Notes: generated by a model not told the origin, from the sequence alone. Counted from the first letter of the stretch, positions 16,277 through 25,498 are shown. The stretch: DNA of 25,968 bases from Candidatus Hermodarchaeum yapensis (GCA_016840405.1 JAEOSK010000038.1:1-25968); one strand, 5' to 3'. Translations and numbers: made by a program.

Positions 16277-17877
16277 TAGAACTCACCTCCAAAGATAACA
16301 CCTTGACGAACAACGACTATGTAGCTCCATATCGCAAATACAAATCCCAGTATTCCAATGACTAATAATGGGATAAGTAAAGAACCACCGAAGATTAACG
16401 TGTTCACGACGCCTAAAATTATCAAAACAATAGACAGTGGGAGGAAGGCCCAAATAGCACGTTTTTCAAGTCTAAGCAGTGCATAGAAGACGTATAAACC
16501 AATGACTCCGAAGATAATCGCTAGAGATAAAGTAGCCACATGCATCGCCATATAGGGGTCAGTGAGAATCAGTGTTGGAAGGTTAGGAATTAGGTCAAGC
16601 ACCATAAGGGTTCCAAACATGCTAGCTGCCATTGCGAGTAAAATCATACTACCTATAAGTGCAAAAAGTGAACCAAGGAAAATGGGCAGGGATTTCATGG
16701 GTTCTTTTCGAATCCATTGAGCCCAAGAAATTTCTCTTTTAGCCAGCCATTCAACAATTTTTGGAGCTGCGACAAAGAGTACCACGAGCCCTTGAATTAC
16801 ATCAATCATTTCAGCAGGGACCCGTCCGACTGTCTGCATAGGTATAGCTCCGGCTCGGAGAAATCCAAAGAAGATTGCGCCAAGTAAGACCCCCATCGGG
16901 CTATTTGCCCCTAAAACGGCAACCGTGATACCATCAAAACCGAGACCTCGGGACCAGCCAGCGTAGAACCTGTGATAATAGCCTAGAATTTCGACAGCAC
17001 CTCCCAGGCCTGCTAAACATCCACTAAGGAACAATGAGATGACAATCATCTTTTTGGGATTTATACCTGCAGCTTCGGCAGCGGGTTCATTTAGACCTAC
17101 CGCCCGCATTTCATATCCGAGAACGGTATTTTTCAATAGAATCCAAACACCGATCACGCATAAGATGCCAATGATGAAACCAAAGTGGAGGTAGAATGAA
17201 CCAAAAAGTTCGGGAAGATAGGCAGTCGGCCATATTGCTGGTGTTTGTGGCTGTGGTTGAATCAAAGTTGGATCCCGTAATGGTCCTGCAGCCAACCAAG
17301 TGGTGAAGTAAGGAACTGCGATGTAAGTCATCATCATGGTTGTGACCACCTCATGGGCCCCACGGTAGGCTTTGAGGATAGCTGGGACGAATGCCCATAA
17401 TCCACCCACGACCGCTCCAATCAACAAAGCGAGTAATGGATGAACAAAGATTGGTAACATAGCCATAAAGCCGACAATTGCTGCAGCCATTGACCCCATA
17501 TATAGTTGACCTTCAGCACCGATATTGAATAGCCCAGCCCTAAAAGCAAGAGCCACAGAAAGTCCTGTCAGAATCAAGGGAGTGGCCCACCAGAATATGA
17601 TATCGGGTTGAAGAAGGGCTCCACCTATTAGAGTCGAAAATGCCACAATGGGATTGAAGCCCGTACCAAGCATTATTAGGGAGGCTACCAAGAGAGCAAG
17701 GATAATGGACATAATTGCCCAGCCCACCTGAATCAATGATCGCCTTAGATTGTGCCATTTAAAAAAACCAGTAATCTGTTCCCACATTGAACCCAGAAAT
17801 GTTGTCATTGAGCCGTCCATAGTCTTTGGTGGGCTTCCTCCCATTTCAGATTCGAGGTCTTTTGAAGAGTCAGTCAT
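16276..17877 (-). CDS. Nucleoside ABC transporter permease 1 (NupB/YufP-like) with a 4-TM C-terminal extension
   Basis: AFRAGLFNIGAEGQ, HEVVTTMM, GYEMRAVGLN and GFDGITVAVLG. Confidence 0.92.
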   Translation of the reverse strand: MTDSSKDLESEMGGSPPKTMDGSMTTFLGSMWEQITGFFKWHNLRRSLIQVGWAIMSIILALLVASLIMLGTGFNPIVAFSTLIGGALLQPDIIFWWATPLILTGLSVALAFRAGLFNIGAEGQLYMGSMAAAIVGFMAMLPIFVHPLLALLIGAVVGGLWAFVPAILKAYRGAHEVVTTMMMTYIAVPYFTTWLAAGPLRDPTLIQPQPQTPAIWPTAYLPELFGSFYLHFGFIIGILCVIGVWILLKNTVLGYEMRAVGLNEPAAEAAGINPKKMIVISLFLSGCLAGLGGAVEILGYYHRFYAGWSRGLGFDGITVAVLGANSPMGVLLGAIFFGFLRAGAIPMQTVGRVPAEMIDVIQGLVVLFVAAPKIVEWLAKREISWAQWIRKEPMKSLPIFLGSLFALIGSMILLAMAASMFGTLMVLDLIPNLPTLILTDPYMAMHVATLSLAIIFGVIGLYVFYALLRLEKRAIWAFLPLSIVLIILGVVNTLIFGGSLLIPLLVIGILGFVFAIWSYIVVVRQGVIFGGEF

Positions 17878-19466
17878 TGTGTTAGTTCCTCCGAAGGAAT
17901 CGCACGTTGTTCCCCTGCCATTAACAAACCAAGTTCACGTTCATCGGTTTCCTCTGGAGTTCTAATGGCTACGAGTTCACCTTTAAAAATAACAGCAATG
18001 CGATCTGAAACATTTCGAATTTCGTCAAGGTCAGCTGAGATGAGAAAGATAGCTACACCTTGGTCTCGCATTCTAATGAGCACATTGTGAATGTATTCGG
18101 TCGCTCCAACGTCTAGACCACGAGTAGGATGGGATGCGAGGAGCAGTTTGGGATTTGGTCCGATGGCACGGGCAGCCACTACTTTTTGTTGGTTGCCACC
18201 TGAAAGTGTTGATATTGGTTCGTCGATATCACGTAATCGAATATCGAAGTCTTTGACAAGTATGTTGGAATAATTGGTGATATCTAGGGCGTTCAGTAGA
18301 AAGCCACGGGGACCGGTTGCGAAAGGCGGTTCATGTTGACCCCCTAGTATGAGATTTTCCTTTGTGGTGAAATCTAAGATTAGACCCTGCTTTTGTCGGT
18401 CCTGTGGGATGTAGCCGACACCCGTTGCACGCATCTTTCGAGGTCGATATTTGGTCACCCTTTCCCCTTCAATGTAAATCTCGCCGTGATGGACTTTTCG
18501 AAGTCCCCATATCGCTTCGACTAACTCATCTTGACCATTCCCATGAACTCCAGCTAGTCCGAGGATTTCACCTCGCTTCACTTCAAAGGAGATATCTCGA
18601 ACGGCGGGAAGTCCTCGATCATCTTGCACATGTAGGTTCTCAACGGATAAGACGGTATCAGTTGGTTTGGCAGGAGTTTTCGCAACACGGAACACAACAG
18701 GACGTCCGACCATCATTTCAGCTAACTGTTCACGAGAGGTGTCAACTCTCTTCACTGTCCCCACTAGCTCACCACGTCGTAATACTGTAATTCGGTCGCA
18801 GATGGTCATGGGTTCTCGAAGTTTATGTGTGATAAGTATAATTGTTTTCCCTTCTTTTCGGAAGGTTTCCAGGGTTTCAAAGAGCTCATCAACCTCTTGT
18901 GGCGTTAACACCGCAGTGGGCTCATCTAAAATCAGGATATCAGCATCTCGATAAAGGATTTTGATGAGTTCTACCCGTTGTTGAAGCCCCACGGAGAGAT
19001 CCTGAATTTTTGCATAAGGGTCAATTTGTAACCCGTTTTCTTCTGCGATACGGAGAATCTTTTTTTCAGCGCTCCGGAAATTCGTGGGCAACGCAGGATT
19101 AATACTGGGTCTCCAATACTTCAAATTGGCAGTTAAATTCGCGTATAAGGGTTCAGCACCAAGAACGACGTTCTCTGTGACCGTCATGATGGGGATAAGC
19201 TTGAAATGCTGGTGCACCATTCCGATGCCAAGACGGATTGCATCCTGAGGAGACTTGAAATTAACTTCTTTGCCACGAATTTTCACGGTCCCAGAGGTTC
19301 GAGAGAGCAGACCATAAAGGACATTCATCAACGTTGTTTTTCCAGCTCCGTTTTCACCGAGAAGACCATGAACTTCTCCTTCTCCGATTCGGAGCGTGAT
19401 ATCACAATTGGCCTGTACGTTTCCGGGGAAGACCTTCCAGATATTTTCCAGCTCAATAGCGTAGAT
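17874..19466 (-). CDS. Nucleoside ABC transporter ATP-binding protein with two ABC domains (NupA/YufO-like)
   Basis: GENGAGKTT, GMVHQHF, LSVGLQQRVE, LDEPTAVLTPQE, LSGGNQQK and PTRGLDVGA; start placed at ATC 19466 after SD GGAGGTG (GTG at 19475-19484 is an alternative). Confidence 0.93.
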   Translation of the reverse strand: MYAIELENIWKVFPGNVQANCDITLRIGEGEVHGLLGENGAGKTTLMNVLYGLLSRTSGTVKIRGKEVNFKSPQDAIRLGIGMVHQHFKLIPIMTVTENVVLGAEPLYANLTANLKYWRPSINPALPTNFRSAEKKILRIAEENGLQIDPYAKIQDLSVGLQQRVELIKILYRDADILILDEPTAVLTPQEVDELFETLETFRKEGKTIILITHKLREPMTICDRITVLRRGELVGTVKRVDTSREQLAEMMVGRPVVFRVAKTPAKPTDTVLSVENLHVQDDRGLPAVRDISFEVKRGEILGLAGVHGNGQDELVEAIWGLRKVHHGEIYIEGERVTKYRPRKMRATGVGYIPQDRQKQGLILDFTTKENLILGGQHEPPFATGPRGFLLNALDITNYSNILVKDFDIRLRDIDEPISTLSGGNQQKVVAARAIGPNPKLLLASHPTRGLDVGATEYIHNVLIRMRDQGVAIFLISADLDEIRNVSDRIAVIFKGELVAIRTPEETDERELGLLMAGEQRAIPSEELTQ

Positions 19467-19569
19467 GGAGAACACCTCCACCACATTTGTTAGTGAAATG
19501 TCAGCCCTTTTTCGAAATGGGCGACATACCCTGTTTGCGGTTCTTCTAGTATATAATCTCAATGTTTGT

Positions 19570-19613
19570 CAAAAAAAAGAAAAAAGGGGAAAGAGGGGCT
19601 AGTTAGCCCTCTC
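19570..19613 (-). terminator. Hairpin plus U-tract after the binding-protein gene
   Basis: Minus strand reads GAGAGGGCTAA-C-TAGCCCCTCTT followed by TCCCCTTTTTTCTTTTTTTT. Confidence 0.65.
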
Positions 19614-19618
19614 GTTTC

Positions 19619-20749
19619 TTAGCCCAACCATGGGAAGTCAATTGGAACTAGATAGGTGCCGTTGGTTATACCTTCCGTAAGATCTTCGAGTATGTCGCGG
19701 GTGGCCGTTGGCCATGTCCAACCCAGAAGGGTTTCATTGTCTTCCCAACCTACACCACCGTTAGCAAGGTTATGAAATTGAAGACCAGTCAATGGTGTAC
19801 CAGTTACGCTGGCAGCTTCAATAACCCAGTAACATGCAAGATCGACGCGTTTTAGCATTGATGTGAAAACGACAGTTGGGGCAACGGGATTATCTGGATC
19901 ATCAGTTCCTAAGAACATCTGTGGACTGTCAACACCAATGGCCCATACAGGATAGGCGAGGGGGGTGGCGTTCTGCTTCACTGCGGAGTCAATGACTCCG
20001 AGACCAGATTTCCCGGCAGCTGCGAAGATGATGTCTGAGCCACCGGTATAAATTCCGTCAGCAAGTGATTCACCGAGAGTTGGGTTGTCCCATGCGCCCA
20101 CGTAGGTATGGACAAAATCGGCACTTCCGGTCTCGTTATCGAGTGCAAAGGTGGGGTTACTAAAGTTTGCACCCCAGAAGTAACCTGCAGCAAACTCGCG
20201 GATGAGAGGAATATCCATTCCACCCACGAAGCCGATTTTATCTTGGGTTGTCACAGTACCTGCTATTGCGCCGACGAGTGCAGAGCCCTCACCAGCTGCG
20301 AAAAGCAGTGAAGCGACATTCGGATATGTAGCGGGGTCAATGAACATGTCTACGATGGCAAAAGCTTGATCGGGATAGTCCTCAGCAACGGCCATTACCG
20401 CATCAGCTTGGTCGAACCCGACACTGATGATTACATCATACGGGTCCGCCCAGGGTAAATGGGCCGCATATTGGCGTAGGAATGGTTCATACTGTGCAAT
20501 TTCATCTGGCTCAACAAAGGTAAAGCTGATGTCAAAGTCATTGACAGCATCAACGGCTCCCTGGTAACAACCGTCATTGAAAGATTTGTCTCCGAGTCGA
20601 CCAGTCGCAAAAACGATGGCCACGTCATCAGGGTTTGGTGGAGCTTCCTTGGGTACAAGGAACCACCAAGCTGCGATAGCACCTCCAGCAACAATGATGA
20701 TCACTATGAAAATAATGGCGATAAGTCTTGTATTGCTTCCATTACTCAT
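19619..20749 (-). CDS. BMP/PnrA family nucleoside-binding protein with an N-terminal TM anchor
   Basis: GRLGDKSFND, GFVGGMDIPLI, DIIFAAAGKSGLG, AIGVDS and TSMLKRVD; SD GGAGG before ATG at 20749. Confidence 0.92.
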   Translation of the reverse strand: MSNGSNTRLIAIIFIVIIIVAGGAIAAWWFLVPKEAPPNPDDVAIVFATGRLGDKSFNDGCYQGAVDAVNDFDISFTFVEPDEIAQYEPFLRQYAAHLPWADPYDVIISVGFDQADAVMAVAEDYPDQAFAIVDMFIDPATYPNVASLLFAAGEGSALVGAIAGTVTTQDKIGFVGGMDIPLIREFAAGYFWGANFSNPTFALDNETGSADFVHTYVGAWDNPTLGESLADGIYTGGSDIIFAAAGKSGLGVIDSAVKQNATPLAYPVWAIGVDSPQMFLGTDDPDNPVAPTVVFTSMLKRVDLACYWVIEAASVTGTPLTGLQFHNLANGGVGWEDNETLLGWTWPTATRDILEDLTEGITNGTYLVPIDFPWLG

Positions 20750-20846
20750 ATTTGGCTCCTCCAGTTGCCCCGCACTAGAAATCGTCGACGTTAGAAGCAC
20801 TTTTTAGCGTTTCTAGTACGACTCATATCTGCGAAGGGCAAGAGAG
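20750..20846 (-). promoter_or_regulatory. Structured ~97-nt 5' leader; candidate cis-regulatory RNA
   Basis: Nested stems 20765-20770/20836-20841 and 20771-20781/20810-20820; TATA at 20871-20878. Confidence 0.45.
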
Positions 20847-20938
20847 CTAACCCCGTTACGTTCAAACGAGTATAAAAATCTAGACATAGGACCACATCAA
20901 TTGTTTCCATTTGAAATTGCGGTGTGCAAGTAAGGGCA

Positions 20939-21529
20939 TTAGATGTCGTGGATCAAACCACGTTTCCCGACCATAAATAGCTGAGTCGTCCCTAAAGAAT
21001 CGGTTGTTCCTTCAGCCTCATGGACATGACCACTATAAACAGCGAGTGGTTGTACTTCGGTGACAAACTCGCGGAGACTATGATAACCGATATGGGCTCC
21101 ACTCCAGGCCCTATCCACCGCTGTGCCATATGGAGGCGTATGGGTTACCAGCACCAAATTCTCAAGAGGCATAAACCGATTGAGAATTTGGTGCACTTTT
21201 TCTTCCGACAATCCAAAGGGGAGCCCAGGCATTCCTCCGCCGAGTCCCGCGAAAGTCTTTGATTTTAACACTACATATTCTCCGTGAAAATAGGTGAAGT
21301 GCGAACGTTCCTTGCAGATTAATTTCAATTCGTTGGCATCATCATGGTTTCCGGGCAACAGGTATACATCAGTGCCAACATCCAGTTGTTCTAATGTTTC
21401 GTCAAGTCCCCTCCCGAAACTCGCAAAATCGCCTAATCCAAAAGCGGCATCCATTTCCAGTAACTGCTGGCTGATTCGTGAAGTAGCGACTTGGTCTCCG
21501 TGAAGATCTGAGAAGAACAGAATCCTCAT
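20939..21529 (-). CDS. Calcineurin-like metallophosphoesterase (Icc-related)
   Basis: SDLHG, GD, PGNHD, THTPP and GHVHE. Confidence 0.92.
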   Translation of the reverse strand: MRILFFSDLHGDQVATSRISQQLLEMDAAFGLGDFASFGRGLDETLEQLDVGTDVYLLPGNHDDANELKLICKERSHFTYFHGEYVVLKSKTFAGLGGGMPGLPFGLSEEKVHQILNRFMPLENLVLVTHTPPYGTAVDRAWSGAHIGYHSLREFVTEVQPLAVYSGHVHEAEGTTDSLGTTQLFMVGKRGLIHDI

Positions 21530-21643
21530 GACCGCTAGAACACGCGGGCACCTATCAAAAAGTTTCCGAGAAAGATGCCCATGTGGAGTCTGAATTGGAC
21601 ACTGAATGTGAAATACAATAGGCAAGTAGCTAGTTGTGTGTTT

Positions 21644-22078
21644 TCAGATTTTACCTTCGACAACGATTAGCTCTTCAGTAATGATAGCGAGGACAACAGC
21701 CAGTCCAATTATGCCATTGAAGAGATCTAACGCTGAACCGGGTGGTGCAAGACCCATAAATTCCCTGACAAGTCGCCAGACAAGAGTCAATAAACTCATT
21801 CCTGCTCCAATCCCAATGAACCAGCGACCAATGCGTTGGATCTTCGCTACTACGAGTAGCGCCCCAGCAATTACTGTTAAACCACCAAAGGATCCAAGCC
21901 ATTGAAGGACCGCATTCGCGAATAATGCGATTGGTAAATACTGAGAGGGGAGATTCAATAGATTCCAGGCTAAAAGGATGTACGAACTGTAATCAATGGG
22001 ATTTGAGTAGCCACTAAGCAGTAGCAGAGTTCCAGTAATCAACCCGAGAATAACTGCTGCAATATTACGTCGAAGCAA
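21644..22078 (-). CDS. Four-TM hypothetical membrane protein
   Basis: Four hydrophobic segments; SD AGGTGAT before TTG at 22078. Confidence 0.7.
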   Translation of the reverse strand: MLRRNIAAVILGLITGTLLLLSGYSNPIDYSSYILLAWNLLNLPSQYLPIALFANAVLQWLGSFGGLTVIAGALLVVAKIQRIGRWFIGIGAGMSLLTLVWRLVREFMGLAPPGSALDLFNGIIGLAVVLAIITEELIVVEGKI

Positions 22079-22142
22079 AATATCACCTAAGGCATTTCTA
22101 CATTTGCTTCTTCTTAAAAGCCCTAGCAACGTCTCAATCTAA

Positions 22143-22260
22143 GTGTTGCAGCGGGCAAAGGATTGACACTCTCCATAACGGAAGTCAGGAGATTCATGGA
22201 CGTCATGAACAGACATCCACAGGGTGTGCCACCACCCCGTTAATGCGCCCTCCGAAGGCG
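22143..22260 (-). ncRNA. Putative TnpB omega/reRNA 3' region and flanking guide
   Basis: Right-end hairpin and TCAA terminus; reRNAs of this family overlap the tnpB 3' end; 5' boundary is a guess. Confidence 0.45.
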
Positions 22261-23400
22261 ACGCCTATATTTACAGCCCCTACAACGTCCCGGTGAGCTT
22301 CTAATCCACAACAAAGACATTTGAACAACCGCCCTCGCCTTGTATTCTTTCGTTCACCACACTGTGGACAGATGCTTGATGTATGCCTTTCATCCACCAA
22401 TTCAACCGTTATCCCATATTCCTCAGCCACTTCCTAGACGCGACAAACGAGATATCGATGGCTCCAAAAGTTATGCCGCATAACGTTGGACTTCCGTCCA
22501 CCTCTCGTATTTCCCAAAATTCCTCTAAGATCACCTATCACGATTTTGATCACCCCACCCATCCATAAATCTTCCAATGCCCTCCGAACAATGGTGCATA
22601 CATATTGGCGATACCGAAGTTTCCGACGTCGGTACAAGCGACGGATCAAATTTGTCGACTCCGTCTAATTCATCTCTTTTGCCACAGATTTTAGCCTATC
22701 AATCCTTTTCGAGAGAAACCACCAGTCAGATAGTGCGAGACGCCCACTATACATAATCGCTTGCCGATCACCATCCACCAAGACTGTAAGCAAGTTGATG
22801 ACACCTATGTCAATAAAAGCCCTCTTCTCGGAGAGTGGTTGATGCGGAGGCTGAATCTCCACTGGTTGATGGCCATACCACTTACTTTTGATTGCATCAT
22901 ATTTGATGGTGAGCAAGCCCTGTTTCATCCAGTTCTTCCACTTGGGATGACCCTGCCATTTCACATGTAGTTTCTTTGGGAGTCGAAGTAAATTTCCGTC
23001 CGTGCGATAGAGATCACCGCGGATCAGAATGATGTGCTTACGTGTGTTAGTTAGTCGATCAATCCAGTAGCCCGGTGGTCGAACTCGGGTAATGTGATGT
23101 GGAAGCTGCCCTTTTTTCTTCAGCTTCACCAATGCAAAGAACGATCGCCACGCTTCTCCATTCTTCCGTTCAATCTGTTGTGCTGTTGCGGCACCGACAA
23201 CACCCTTGTATTTGTCATAGAGGTCACGCCATATCCAGTTTATATTACCATTAAAGAAGGATTGGCGTCGGCGGTAAGTGACTTCGTTCCAAAGTCGCGC
23301 ACAAGCGTCAGTAATAGTGTGGAGTTGTTGAGTTTGCTTTGTTGTAGGTGCCAATGCTATTGTGTTAGTTCGTCGCAAACTGTACATCTGAGATTGATTC
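22163..23400 (-). mobile_element. IS200/IS605-family element, IS1341-type (tnpB only); left end not resolved
   Basis: tnpB reading frame plus right-end motif GAATCTCCTGACTTCCGTTATGGAGAGTGTCAA; no tnpA seen. Confidence 0.8.
22203..23387 (-). pseudogene. tnpB: tnpB RNA-guided endonuclease interrupted by two in-frame TAG codons
   Basis: Three ORF-track pieces in one frame; RuvC-I FIDIGVIN, RuvC-II IVIGDL, Zn ribbon CPQCG..FKCLCCG and RuvC-III HRDVVGAVNI; TAG at 22667-22665 and 22436-22434. Confidence 0.85.
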
Positions 23401-23547
23401 AATTCAGTATTTCGAAAAAAACTTAATAACTCATATTTTCGACGAATCATCTCTCCCAATAGATTTTGACCTTTCTCACTGATATTAATAGGAAGAGCAA
23501 CAACGATTTGAATCAATGGTCTTGGTCATCGAATATTTAGGAGGCAG

Positions 23548-24747
23548 TTGTTTCATATGTCTGAATCAGATGTTTGGTTTGTCAACCGACAGGTGGGACC
23601 CCGAAATTCCATGTTGGATAAACTCGAAATCCTCTGGAAGAAATTGGGTCTGAAAAAAGCCATCAAAAAAGATGCCCGTGTTTTCATCAAGACACACTTC
23701 GGAGCATACGGGAACCTCATGTACATGCGACCAGCACTCCTTCGAAAAATCGTAGATCTGGTGAAACAAGAAGGAGGAATGCCCATACTAGCTGAATCGG
23801 CTGGCTTAGGATATGGTTCGGGATTATACGGTGGTCGAACAACCGCTGCAGAATATTTCCGAATGGCAGCAGCCAACGGTTACACCATCGGCACCATGGG
23901 AGCACCTATTGTACTCTTAGATGGATATTGGGGGACTGATACGTTTGATGTGGTGATACGAGGAAAGCACGTCAAGAAGGTTGAAGTGGGAATGGCTCTC
24001 CGAGATGCGGATGTGATAATTGTCTTCACACATTTCAAAGGTCATGGAGGAACAGGGATGGGAGGTACGCTGAAGAATCTGGGCATCGGATGTGTCGGGA
24101 AATTCAGCAAAACAATGATGCATGGCCCTCAGAATCCTATTGTTAATGCTGAGGAATGTAAGGGTGCCGAATGTAGTAAATGCGTTGATGTGTGTCCAAC
24201 CCGGTGTATCACTGTGGATCCCAAGGTGGAGATTGATTTCAGTCGGTGTATCCATTGCATCCATTGCGTGTCGGTGTGTCGTTCTCAGGCGGATTCAAAT
24301 GCCATTACAGCGTCCTGGGGGGGTGATCCCATGGGTTCAACTGAACGGATGATTGAAAATGCGCTTGGTGTTGTTGATGGTGTTGGGCGCGACCGCTTTT
24401 ACTACTTCAATGTGGCTTTAGATATCAGTCAAACCTGTGATTGTGCCCCCTTTGGTCCTATGGCGCTTACGCCTGACTTGGGGATATTCGCTTCACGGGA
24501 TCCGGTTGCTATTGATTCTGCAAGCATTGACATGTTAAATGAAGCCCAACCAATCACCGTATCCGCATGTGGTGATATTGAGCCGGGAGAAGATAAGCTA
24601 GCAATTACCACACCATGGCCCGATCCTCACACTGGGGAAAAGACGCCGACCCAGTGCCATTTACGGCAAATCGAATACGCCGAAGAACTAGGAATAGGCT
24701 CAAAGAAGTATAAAGTTCGAAGTGCCGATAAGCGCAAACCTACTTAG
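23548..24747 (+). CDS. DUF362 domain protein with a 4Fe-4S ferredoxin insert
   Basis: IKTHFG, THFKGHGGTGMGGTLKNLGIGC, CSKCVDVCP, CIHCIHCVSVC, CDC and ASRDPVAID; SD GGAGG. Confidence 0.9.
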   Translation: MFHMSESDVWFVNRQVGPRNSMLDKLEILWKKLGLKKAIKKDARVFIKTHFGAYGNLMYMRPALLRKIVDLVKQEGGMPILAESAGLGYGSGLYGGRTTAAEYFRMAAANGYTIGTMGAPIVLLDGYWGTDTFDVVIRGKHVKKVEVGMALRDADVIIVFTHFKGHGGTGMGGTLKNLGIGCVGKFSKTMMHGPQNPIVNAEECKGAECSKCVDVCPTRCITVDPKVEIDFSRCIHCIHCVSVCRSQADSNAITASWGGDPMGSTERMIENALGVVDGVGRDRFYYFNVALDISQTCDCAPFGPMALTPDLGIFASRDPVAIDSASIDMLNEAQPITVSACGDIEPGEDKLAITTPWPDPHTGEKTPTQCHLRQIEYAEELGIGSKKYKVRSADKRKPT

Positions 24748-24824
24748 CTGAAAAATACTGGAACTGTACAAACCAAGAAGGAAAACCAACAGTGGGCTAG
24801 ATTGAGGAACCAGTAATCGGTCGA

Positions 24825-25478
24825 TTATTTCGATTTCTTAGATTTCGTCTTAGAGTTCATTCTATCGATTGCTTTCGAACTTGCTTTTTCGTTTCGCGTT
24901 TGCCATTCAACGGTGAAAAGCTGGGCATAATGGATGGGTACTCCGACATCAAGCAGGTGTGTTATGATCTCGTCTTGCGTTTTGCCTTCCTTTGATAGTT
25001 TGCTTGATATGTTGAAGGTGAATTCTTTTAGTTCCCAAGGATAGACGACCCATGCTTCAGTGCGAACGACGTAATAATCAGGTACTAGCTTAGTCCATGG
25101 TTTCATGTGTAGGGTAGCTGTTCGTGGGTTCTTGTATCCCCGTTTGTTAAGGTGGTCAAGGGCTACGATTAGACTATCACCGGTGTCGGAAATGTCATCT
25201 ACGATTAGGGGGGATTTCCATTGCATATCCTTGGGGAGGCTTTGACTGATTCGCGGTTCGGCATCACGAGCATAGATTCCACGGTACAGGTCCACTTTGA
25301 CGTTGGCAGTTTCCCGAGTGAAAAAAAGGTCTGACAGAATTCGTGCGGGAATCCATCCTCCCCGAGCGACACCAACAACGACGTCAGGTAGGAATCCTGA
25401 ATCCATTATCTTCTCGTAGAGTCGAAAACACAGTTCGTAGAGTCGTTCCCACCAGACGAACTCGTACGTGATTGCCAT
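24825..25478 (-). CDS. Type I phosphoribosyltransferase (hypoxanthine/guanine/xanthine PRT-like)
   Basis: VGVARGGWIPAR, LIVDDISDTGDSL and PDYY..WVVYPWE. Confidence 0.92.
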   Translation of the reverse strand: MAITYEFVWWERLYELCFRLYEKIMDSGFLPDVVVGVARGGWIPARILSDLFFTRETANVKVDLYRGIYARDAEPRISQSLPKDMQWKSPLIVDDISDTGDSLIVALDHLNKRGYKNPRTATLHMKPWTKLVPDYYVVRTEAWVVYPWELKEFTFNISSKLSKEGKTQDEIITHLLDVGVPIHYAQLFTVEWQTRNEKASSKAIDRMNSKTKSKKSK

Positions 25479-25498
25479 ACTGCTAGGTATCTATCTGG

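Noticed and set aside
19467-19562. 32-aa extension of the ABC ATPase (similar extensions for the BMP, PLD and phosphoesterase)
   Set aside because: Runs through SD and promoter sequence and is unlike the family N-termini
20763-20845. TnpB guide targeting the BMP leader (shared TTGCCC)
   Set aside because: Only about 10 of 16 positions match, with mismatches at the guide 5' end; consistent with chance
23388-23516. N-terminal extension of tnpB in the ORF track
   Set aside because: TnpB-like sequence begins at MYSLRRTN (23387); the upstream part is AT-rich promoter/left-end DNA
946-24611. Many short ORF-track entries overlapping the large genes (e.g. 946-1200, 3615-3977, 10038-10373, 14013-14429, 18404-18790, 23553-23876)
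   Set aside because: Antisense or alternate-frame shadows of well-supported genes, with no motifs or expression signals
2872-24747. Genome-wide TAG reassignment
   Set aside because: TAG ends several genes at their expected C-termini, e.g. the M42 peptidase and the DUF362 protein
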